Positions 32,559 to 40,124 of a stretch of 40,124 nt of DNA are shown in pieces; the first letter of the stretch is position 1; each line of letters begins with the position of its first letter. Both the position numbers and the translations under genes were made by a program. This DNA is from an uncultured Pseudomonadales bacterium (GTDB lineage Bacteria; Patescibacteriota; Microgenomatia; UBA1400; PJMF01), in contig CAYQLH010000003.1 of NCBI GenBank assembly GCA_964418385.1, positions 4,164 through 44,287 on the forward strand, read 5' to 3'. The notes below the pieces were generated by a model that was given only the letters and a program-made list of their open reading frames with translations, was not told the DNA's origin and made no database searches.

Positions 32559-35258
32559 ATGAAAAAAAGAAATATCGCGATTACGTTTTTAATCCCGACA
32601 TATAAGGGTTTGAAATTGCTGCAAAAGAATTTGCCAAGTGTGATGGACGAAATGATGACCGGTGACGAATTGCTCATTAGCGAGGATGCAGCTGGAGATT
32701 ATGAAAATTTGCGATATTTTCGTAAAAAATATAATTTGCAGCTGGTGGAAAGTAACAAGGTGGGACAGCTTTATCGCGCGCGAATTACTTATCACGATAA
32801 AGCGGTGACGTTGTCTTTTTTGCAACGTGCTGTCAATGGTCGTTTTGCGCGCAATGTCAATGAGGCTGTTAAACAAATTGAAAGTGCATATTTTTTGCTT
32901 TTAAACAACGATGTGAAACTGACTCCGGGAGTGCGTGATAAGTTATATAAAACAATGGCCAAAGATGATAGCATTTTTGCGGTGAGTGCGCGTGAAGTGG
33001 ACACAAGCGACAATAATCGCGTGAGCGGTCGCAATAAAATTTGGTGGAAAAAAGGACGGTTTTGGCATAGTCGTGATAATGACGTAGATCACAGTGGCGA
33101 AACTGCTTGGGCCTGTGGTGGTAGTAGTTTGTATGACGCGGATAAGTGGGAAATTCTGGGTGGCTTTGATACGATTTATTACCCGGCATATTGGGAAGAT
33201 ATTGATATTTCTTGGCAAGCAAAGCGGCGAGGTTGGAAAGTGGTGTATTGTCACAAAGCAGTGGTAGAACATGCACACGAAACAACTAATAATGACGTTT
33301 TCGGGAAGCAAAAAATGGAGCAAATGAGCTGGCATGGTGGGACAAAGTTTGCGCGGAAAAATTCTCGTGGATGGCAAAAATTTGAATTTTGGTTTTACAA
33401 TTTGTATTGGCAGTGTAAACAGTTTCCGGCGTTAAAGTTGTGGCTGGGAGTGTTGCTAGTAGCGTTGGTATCACGGTTGGCATTTTTGGATTTGCCGCAT
33501 GGCTTGGCAGTAGACGAGGCAGCAATTGCTTATAACGGTTATGCGGTGTGGCTCAATCATCGTGATGAATGGTTGAATTTTTTACCGGTGACTTTCCGTT
33601 CTTTTGGTGATTATAAAGCACCATGGGCGATTTACGTGGTGGGTTTGAGTGAAATTTTGTGGGGTCGCAATTTGATTGCGATCCGATTGCCATTTGCGCT
33701 TGCTGGTATGGCGTCGATTTATTTGCTGATGTTGTTTATGGATTTACTGCTGCGAGAAAAAACGCAGCGACACTTGGAACTTGCGGCAATTGCTGGAGCA
33801 TTGATGACGATGTCGGTGTGGCACTGGCATTTTTCGCATTTGGGTTTTGAAAATAACTGGGCGTTGTTTTTTCAACTTTTAGGCGGATATTTGTGGTTGA
33901 AAAATATGAGCACACCAACAGATAAACGCGGAATTCCGTGGTCGCAAAAATGGTGGTCAACAGAGATGTTTTGCTGCGGGCTTGCTTGGGTTTTAAGTAT
34001 GTATAGTTATCACAGTGCCAAGTTGACGACGCCGCTTTGGTTGCTGATAATGCTGATTACAGGCTGGCGCGAAATCTGGCGCCGACGACAAGCGCTGATA
34101 TTGCCGATTTTGGCTTGCGCATTGGTGGCGCTGCCGCTGATACAAGATAGTTTTTGCGAAGTGAGCGAAGAAACGCCATTTAGTTTTTTCTTGTGGTCGC
34201 AAAGTGTGAGTGGTAAACCGACGTGGCATGGCGGTTTTTGCGGTGATGGTAAGTTTAATGGTCACGGATTGGGTTTAACTCGCGGCGGGTCATCGTTTTT
34301 AACCAATAAAGATTTATCTTTTGGTGAAAAAACATACCTTTTCGGTGAGAACATGTTGGCGTACTTTACGCCTGGATTTTTGTGGTGTGGTCAGCTGAAT
34401 GAAGCCACAATTTACAAAAACTCGCAAGCGCCAAATGTGCGTCATGGCGATGGCGTAGATGGCGTTTTGGGGATTGTAGTTTTACCTTTGGTGGGGGTGC
34501 TGATAGCGACTTGCGTGCGTTATCCGCGCTGGCGGCAACAATATGGACGCGTGGTGGTTTTGGGTGTTTTGATGGTCTTGATTGGGACGATTCCAGCGGC
34601 GATTACGGATCAAATTCCTCATGGCGTTCAAGCAATGGCTGCTTTGCCAGGATGGATGCTTTTGGCAACATTGGGTATCAATGCTTGGCAAATGTGGTGG
34701 CAGAGGCGGCGTGAGTATTTTGCCGGGAGTGTGATGTTGGTGATGGTGATAGCAGCAATAGAGGCGGGGCTGATGTATCGTCATTATATGAGTGTTTTCG
34801 CTCCAGTGGCGGTGCAGACGACAACCATTGGTGAACTGAGAGCATTAAAGGATTTAGAGAAACGACAAAAAGCTGCAAGCTACCTTTTTGCAATTAATTT
34901 AAATGATGTCTTTGCTCGAGCTAGCGAAGAGCGTCAGCAAGTGTCACAGATAATATATGCGGGCAGTTTGGAACACCCATATATTTACGCCTTGTTGGCT
35001 GAAGGTTTGACATCGGAACAGTATCGGTATGGTAAGTTAAGCGAAAAGTATTTATTTGTGGATAAAGTGAATGAAAACGAAATGGCGAAAAGTGATGTAG
35101 TGGTGATTTATTCGCCATGGGATATGGATGAGAGTTTGACGCGCGAGGTTACTGCTTGGGAACGTCAGTATTGTGAGCAAATTGAAACATTTGCTTTTGG
35201 TGATCAAGAAAACTTGCGAATGTGTTGGACTCGAGAAAATAATGAAACAGCACCATAA
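32559..35258 (+). CDS. GT2 + GT-C (ArnT/PMT-like) fusion glycosyltransferase
   Basis: N-terminal GT2 domain (LIPTY, LLLNND, YWEDID), then a multi-TM domain with VDEAAIAY and FRSFGDYKAP. Confidence 0.85.
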   Translation: MKKRNIAITFLIPTYKGLKLLQKNLPSVMDEMMTGDELLISEDAAGDYENLRYFRKKYNLQLVESNKVGQLYRARITYHDKAVTLSFLQRAVNGRFARNVNEAVKQIESAYFLLLNNDVKLTPGVRDKLYKTMAKDDSIFAVSAREVDTSDNNRVSGRNKIWWKKGRFWHSRDNDVDHSGETAWACGGSSLYDADKWEILGGFDTIYYPAYWEDIDISWQAKRRGWKVVYCHKAVVEHAHETTNNDVFGKQKMEQMSWHGGTKFARKNSRGWQKFEFWFYNLYWQCKQFPALKLWLGVLLVALVSRLAFLDLPHGLAVDEAAIAYNGYAVWLNHRDEWLNFLPVTFRSFGDYKAPWAIYVVGLSEILWGRNLIAIRLPFALAGMASIYLLMLFMDLLLREKTQRHLELAAIAGALMTMSVWHWHFSHLGFENNWALFFQLLGGYLWLKNMSTPTDKRGIPWSQKWWSTEMFCCGLAWVLSMYSYHSAKLTTPLWLLIMLITGWREIWRRRQALILPILACALVALPLIQDSFCEVSEETPFSFFLWSQSVSGKPTWHGGFCGDGKFNGHGLGLTRGGSSFLTNKDLSFGEKTYLFGENMLAYFTPGFLWCGQLNEATIYKNSQAPNVRHGDGVDGVLGIVVLPLVGVLIATCVRYPRWRQQYGRVVVLGVLMVLIGTIPAAITDQIPHGVQAMAALPGWMLLATLGINAWQMWWQRRREYFAGSVMLVMVIAAIEAGLMYRHYMSVFAPVAVQTTTIGELRALKDLEKRQKAASYLFAINLNDVFARASEERQQVSQIIYAGSLEHPYIYALLAEGLTSEQYRYGKLSEKYLFVDKVNENEMAKSDVVVIYSPWDMDESLTREVTAWERQYCEQIETFAFGDQENLRMCWTRENNETAP

Positions 35259-35271
35259 ATACAGGTAGGAA

Positions 35272-37023
35272 ATGACAGTGATGAAGAGTTTTTTTGTGAG
35301 TGTGCGAGCGAAAATGCAAAGGCGAGAATTTGTGGTGACAGTTTTAATTTTAGTTGTGGCGCTGGTTTTGCGATTGTTTCGGTGGGGATTAAATCCACCA
35401 GAGTTATATTGGGATGAGATGGCTTTGGCTTATGATGCTTGGTCGATTGCGCAAACTGGACGTGATTATCACGCTCACTCATGGCCGCTTGTGGCGTTTG
35501 AAAGTTATGGTGATTATAAACCAAGTGGTTATTTTTATGCAGCTGCTTTAGCAATCAAGATTTTGGGACCAAATAATTTTGCGGTTCGTTTACCGAGTTT
35601 TGTAGCTGGGATTTTCTTGGTGTGGGGCTGCGGCGAAATCGTGGCACGGCTTTTTGGTAAACGTACGCTTGGCTCTTGGCAGTGGCGATGGGTAGCGATG
35701 GCGATTGCGGCTCTAAATCCAGCACTTTTACATTTATCGCGAGTGGCGTTTGAAACAAATTTGGCAACAGCATTTTTGGTTGGTGGAATTATTTGTCTTT
35801 TACCGCTTCCCGAAAAGGTGAAAAAGACAAAAAAACAAAATGTTGATTGGTCGTTGTGGTTGGGTGTTGTTTGTTTTTTGGCGGCTTTTTATACGTATCA
35901 CTCCATGCGCGTGGTAGCGCCTCTGATCGGCATTTATTTAGCAATTTGGTGGTGGTTGCGTGCTTGGCGCACTCAAACAAATAAAGATTTGTGGGTGAAT
36001 GTGCTTGTGGTGGGAATTTTGGTTTTGGTTGGGGTGTGGCCGATGGCACGCGAGCTGACGAGCAATAGTGTCACCGATCGTTTTCAAACGACAGCGATTT
36101 TTTATGATTTGGATTTAATTAAAGCGAGCAATCAATGTCGAGAACTGGCAGGTGGTGGCTTGCTGGCAAAGTGGTGGTGTCACCGTTTTGGTTTTTTTGG
36201 TCGGGAGATTGCACAAAAGTTTTTTGAACATTTAAGTTTTGACTACTTATTTATTAGCGGTGATAGCAATCCACGACACGCAATTCAGTTTTTTGGCGTG
36301 TTTTTGCCGCTTGAAGTTGTGGCGTTGGTGGGGGCAGGAATCGCCCTGCTGCGACAATGGCAGCAAGATAAAAAAGCGTGGTGCTTTTTGTTTTTTTGGG
36401 TAGTAGTAGGGATTTTGCCGGCGAGTATTACCGATGCAACACCTCACCTACTGCGGACGCTAAGTGTAGTGCCCGCTTTGATTGTCATGCTGACGGTGGG
36501 TTGGAGTGAATGGTATACTTTGGTTTGGTCGCACTGGCGGCGGTTGGCGGTTGGCTTGGTAGCAGGTGTGTATGCAATTTTGGCACTTGGTTGGCAATAT
36601 GTTTATCATACAGATTATGCGCATCGTTTTGCCTCAGTGTGGCAAGATGGTTATCGTGAAATGATTCAAGTTGTGTCGGAATTGCAAAAAGAAAATGCTG
36701 ATTTGCCGGTATATATTTCACGTGAATATGGACGGCCAGCGTTGTATTACTTGTGGTATAAGGGGATTAGTCCAGAATCGGTGCAAAACGTGCACAATGC
36801 GCAAAAATTTGATCAGGGAGAGTTGTTGACTTACACTCCCGAAAAGGTGTTTTTTGATACTGGTTGGGAGCAAAAGAATCAGATTTTTGCGTTGTCACCG
36901 CAAGAATATGCTTTGCTGGAAAGTAGCAGTAGTGCGAAGGCAATTGTTGACGCGAGCGGTCAAACGGTGTTTTTGGTGGGTAAGTACGAGGTAGAAAACA
37001 AAGATGCAGAAGTGGCAAATTAG
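35272..37023 (+). CDS. GT-C (ArnT/PMT-like) membrane glycosyltransferase
   Basis: Multi-TM; YWDEMALAY, FESYGDYKP, AVRLPS, SRVAFE, PHLLR. Confidence 0.85.
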   Translation: MTVMKSFFVSVRAKMQRREFVVTVLILVVALVLRLFRWGLNPPELYWDEMALAYDAWSIAQTGRDYHAHSWPLVAFESYGDYKPSGYFYAAALAIKILGPNNFAVRLPSFVAGIFLVWGCGEIVARLFGKRTLGSWQWRWVAMAIAALNPALLHLSRVAFETNLATAFLVGGIICLLPLPEKVKKTKKQNVDWSLWLGVVCFLAAFYTYHSMRVVAPLIGIYLAIWWWLRAWRTQTNKDLWVNVLVVGILVLVGVWPMARELTSNSVTDRFQTTAIFYDLDLIKASNQCRELAGGGLLAKWWCHRFGFFGREIAQKFFEHLSFDYLFISGDSNPRHAIQFFGVFLPLEVVALVGAGIALLRQWQQDKKAWCFLFFWVVVGILPASITDATPHLLRTLSVVPALIVMLTVGWSEWYTLVWSHWRRLAVGLVAGVYAILALGWQYVYHTDYAHRFASVWQDGYREMIQVVSELQKENADLPVYISREYGRPALYYLWYKGISPESVQNVHNAQKFDQGELLTYTPEKVFFDTGWEQKNQIFALSPQEYALLESSSSAKAIVDASGQTVFLVGKYEVENKDAEVAN

Positions 37024-38638
37024 TTGGCAAAAATGGTGGCGACAGTATGGCTTGTTGCTGGTGGCTGTTGTGCTAGGTGCGGTTTTGCGGTGCTGGCATT
37101 TGGGTGAGTTACCGGCGGGGCTCAATCGCGACGAAGCGGCGATTGCGTACAACGGTTGGCTTTTGGCACAAACCGGTCGTGACGAATGGGGACGGATGTG
37201 GCCGTTGTTTTTGGAGAGCTTTGGTGATCAAAAATTGCCGGGATATCCGTATTTAGTGGCATTGCTGTTTCGATTACATTATGATCAGTGGTTGGCACCC
37301 GATACAATGGTGCGTTTGCCGTCGGTTTTAGCGGGAGTAGCACTGATTGCGATTGCATTTGCTTTAGCACAGCTTTTCGGGAAACAAAAAACTGGTTTGT
37401 GTCCAGGTGTGGTGACGGCATTTTTGGTGGCGTGTAATCCGATTTTTATTTGGTATAGTCGAGGGGCGTGGGAAGCTAATGTCAGCTTGTGTTGGTGGTT
37501 TCTGGCTGTCTATTTAATTGCGCAAAAACTGATGCAGAAAAATTCAAGTTGGACGGTGCGGCGTTTGGTAGTGATTTTTGTGCTTTTGATGGCAAGTTTT
37601 TTGACGTATAACGCGCCACTTCTTATTACTGGAGTGGCTTTGGGATGGTGGTTGTGGGTGGCATGGCCGCGAGGAGTGAAGTTTTGGGCGCCGCTTTTGG
37701 TGGTAATGACAGTCACAGTAGTTGGCACTTTTTCGCTTTTGGCTCCAGTGACAGCGCAAAAGGGTGGAATTACGATTTTTGACGATCCGACCGTACAGTA
37801 TCACTATACAATTTATCGGGAAAATTTAAATCCGTTGATCGTGAAGCTTTTCGGTAGTAAGTATGCTTATTTAAGCGGCATCATGTTGCGTTCTGGTTTG
37901 GCGAGTCTCGCGCCTCGTTTTTGGTGGCACGGCAACTCGCATCCGTGGCATCAACTGCGCGGTTTTGGTTATGTAAACTTGACCACAAGCGTGTTGATTT
38001 ACGTGAGCTTGATTTATTTATTGGGAATGATGATTGTAACAATTTGGCGCGAGCGAGGACACGGCTGGTGGCGATGTGTACCGTTGCAGGTTTTGGTTTT
38101 GATTGCAATCATGTTGGCGCCAAGCGTGATTACCACTGATGCTCCGCACGCGACAAGGAGTTTGGAGTTTTTTGCGGTTCTCGTGATCGTGGCGAGTGTG
38201 GTAGTGGGAGAGCTTTTCGGTCAAGTTTTTGAGTATAAAATGTATACAAAAAAAGCGATAATAATTCTCGTTTGTTTTAGTGCAATTTTTGCCTGTGAAG
38301 TGGCAAATTATAGTTATCATTACGTGGTTGATTTGCCGAAAATGAATATTTATCACGCGGGCTTTGAGCGTTTTTTGCCAGAATGGGATACGAAGCGGCC
38401 AGTTTTGGTACGCACCAATGAGTCGAAATATGAGTATATTAAGTGGGCCTGGGCGCTGCGTGTGGAGCCAGAACTTTTTTGGCGGACAATTGTGTGGCAT
38501 GCACCAGACACGGCAGGAATTAAAGGCGCGAGTGATTTGCTTAATTTTCATTTTCAGGATCCAGATGAAGATAATCTCGAATATTCGCAAGCGATATGGT
38601 ATAATACAGAAACTGAGAGTTGGGAAAGGTTGCGATGA
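37004..38638 (+). CDS. GT-C (ArnT/PMT-like) membrane glycosyltransferase
   Basis: Multi-TM; NRDEAAIAY, LESFGDQKLP, VRLPS, SRGAWE, PHATR. Confidence 0.85.
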   Translation: MQKWQISWQKWWRQYGLLLVAVVLGAVLRCWHLGELPAGLNRDEAAIAYNGWLLAQTGRDEWGRMWPLFLESFGDQKLPGYPYLVALLFRLHYDQWLAPDTMVRLPSVLAGVALIAIAFALAQLFGKQKTGLCPGVVTAFLVACNPIFIWYSRGAWEANVSLCWWFLAVYLIAQKLMQKNSSWTVRRLVVIFVLLMASFLTYNAPLLITGVALGWWLWVAWPRGVKFWAPLLVVMTVTVVGTFSLLAPVTAQKGGITIFDDPTVQYHYTIYRENLNPLIVKLFGSKYAYLSGIMLRSGLASLAPRFWWHGNSHPWHQLRGFGYVNLTTSVLIYVSLIYLLGMMIVTIWRERGHGWWRCVPLQVLVLIAIMLAPSVITTDAPHATRSLEFFAVLVIVASVVVGELFGQVFEYKMYTKKAIIILVCFSAIFACEVANYSYHYVVDLPKMNIYHAGFERFLPEWDTKRPVLVRTNESKYEYIKWAWALRVEPELFWRTIVWHAPDTAGIKGASDLLNFHFQDPDEDNLEYSQAIWYNTETESWERLR

Positions 38639-40124
38639 TCAGTGTGGTGTATGCGGTTTATAATGAAGAAGCGATTTTGGCACGTTCGTTAGAGAGCGTA
38701 GTTGCTTGGGCAGATGAAATTGTGATTGTCGATGGTGAGTCAACTGACAAGACGGTGAAAATTGCGAAGAAGTTTGGCGCGCGCGTGATCGAAACTACCA
38801 ATAAACCAAATTTCCATATTAACAAACAGATGGCGATTGAAGCCGCGCGTGGTGATTTGATTTTGCAGCTAGACGCTGACGAAGTGGTGGACGGACAATT
38901 GCGTGATTTTGTGCAAAAGGTGGATCGCGAAAAACCGAATGCGTATGCAGCTTGGAATGTACGGCGGAAGAATTTGTTTTTGCGTCACTGGATGCGAAAG
39001 GGTGGTCAATATCCAGATATGGTAATTCGTCTTTTTTACGCGGGAAAAGCGTTTTTGCCGCAAAAAGACGTGCATGAACAAATGACGGTCAAAGGTAAAG
39101 TTGGTGTGGCTGCGGGTCACTTGTTACACTTTGCTAATCCGGATTTGGCGAGTTATTTCCGCAAATTTAATACCTATACAAGCTTTAAAGCATTGCAATT
39201 GGCAGAGGCAAAAGTGAAAATTGGACCGGGAAATTTTGTCAAGTATTGTTTTTGGAAACCACTGGCGACTTTTGTAAGCCTTTTTGGTCGTCATCGCGGT
39301 TACGTGGATGGTTTGGCGGGCTTTTTGTTTGCTACTTTTAGCGGTTGGCATCATTTAGTCGCTTATTGTAAGTATGTGGAAAATCAGCGTCCACAACCTG
39401 ATGGACGTGTGAGTGTTTATTATCCAGAAAACGAACAGGAACGTCAAGCGGCGCGTGGTGTGGGGCGTTATGCTTTATGGCTTCTGGAAAGTGTGGAAGC
39501 AGATGGTCAAGTACAGATTTGCCATAAAGCCGCGAATACCAATGTAATCCATTATACTTTTTTTGATTTATATAAACAGACGCTTCAATCAGTGAAAAAA
39601 GGTCAAAAATTGGTGGTGACGGTGCACGATTTGATTCCCCTACTCTTTCCCAAAGATTTCCCGGTGGGCATGCGAGGCAAGTGGAATTTGTGGTGGCAAA
39701 AACGTCGTTTGCGGAAGGCGGATGCTATTGTGACTGATTCGGCAACGACAAAAAATGATTTGGTGAAATTATGGCGGATTCCAGAAGAGAAGATCCAGGT
39801 GGTGTATTTAGCAGCCAATCCAGCTTTGGCTCCTGCAAGTCCACAGGAAATAGCGAGCGTCAAGAAAAGTTACGTGTTACCAGAAAAGTATCTTTTGTAT
39901 GTGGGCGATATTAATTTTAATAAAAATTTGGCACAACTGATTAAAGCTTTAAAATTTTTACCGGAGGATATTAATTTGGTGATGGTGGGCAAAAATTTTA
40001 TTCCATCTGAGATTCCAGAGTGGATCACGATTCAAGAGCAACTTGATTTAAGTGAAGTCAAGTCAAGAGTCAAATTTTTAAGCACGATCACACGTGATGC
40101 AGAGTTGTCAGCGCTTTACAGCGG
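38635..40124 (+). CDS. GT2 + GT4 fusion glycosyltransferase (3' end outside the window)
   Basis: Not in the ORF track because there is no stop. Manual translation from ATG 38635 (ATGA overlap): MISVVYAVYNEE...VDGESTD...LQLDADE...VHE...GYVDG (GT2), continuing in frame into RGVGRYA...VTVHDLIP...TDSATTK...LYVGD..NKN (GT4). Confidence 0.85.
   Translation, partial: MISVVYAVYNEEAILARSLESVVAWADEIVIVDGESTDKTVKIAKKFGARVIETTNKPNFHINKQMAIEAARGDLILQLDADEVVDGQLRDFVQKVDREKPNAYAAWNVRRKNLFLRHWMRKGGQYPDMVIRLFYAGKAFLPQKDVHEQMTVKGKVGVAAGHLLHFANPDLASYFRKFNTYTSFKALQLAEAKVKIGPGNFVKYCFWKPLATFVSLFGRHRGYVDGLAGFLFATFSGWHHLVAYCKYVENQRPQPDGRVSVYYPENEQERQAARGVGRYALWLLESVEADGQVQICHKAANTNVIHYTFFDLYKQTLQSVKKGQKLVVTVHDLIPLLFPKDFPVGMRGKWNLWWQKRRLRKADAIVTDSATTKNDLVKLWRIPEEKIQVVYLAANPALAPASPQEIASVKKSYVLPEKYLLYVGDINFNKNLAQLIKALKFLPEDINLVMVGKNFIPSEIPEWITIQEQLDLSEVKSRVKFLSTITRDAELSALYS

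Noticed and set aside
1-40124. Alternative genetic code (UGA = Gly/Trp as in Gracilibacteria/Absconditabacteria)
   Set aside because: Conserved genes are full length under code 11, and several end at TGA at expected positions (e.g. pheT 7747, UXS 11589, 38638).

Overview
A 40 kb chromosomal window from a small-genome bacterium, most likely Patescibacteria/CPR (Microgenomates-like). This is inferred from gene content and order: rpmF-nusB-rnc-rpsP-KH, pilMNO plus pilX, an orphan TraD/HerA-like ATPase, a short PheT, and tandem GT-C glycosyltransferases. TGA is used as a stop codon (code 11). In order, the window contains: gyrB-ppa-gyrA on the minus strand (gyrA runs off the left end); a ~1 kb AT-rich intergenic region with two families of short direct repeats; rnpA, pheT, a hypothetical gene, a coupling-protein-like ATPase, UDP-glucuronate decarboxylase and ldh; rpmF-nusB-(ACP-like)-rnc-rpsP-khpA; pilX-pilM-pilN-pilO on the minus strand; greA-lysS-serS-GT2; a class A PBP; a PD-(D/E)XK nuclease; an FN3-like surface protein; and an LCP plus glycosyltransferase cluster running off the right end. 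I saw no tRNA, rRNA, CRISPR array, transposase or prophage. Most notable observations: (1) an acyl-carrier-protein-fold gene that lacks the phosphopantetheine serine and is translationally coupled to RNase III, with no fab genes around it; (2) a helically phased TATAGG repeat array and TGCGGTAA repeats upstream of gyrB, the latter recurring in another intergenic region ~11.7 kb away; (3) pervasive leaderless-type promoter architecture; (4) a GyrA QRDR with Ala and Met at the Ser83/Asp87 positions; (5) fused GT2-GT-C and GT2-GT4 enzymes next to an LCP and a candidate glycoprotein substrate. All calls come from reading motifs by eye; no database searches were run.
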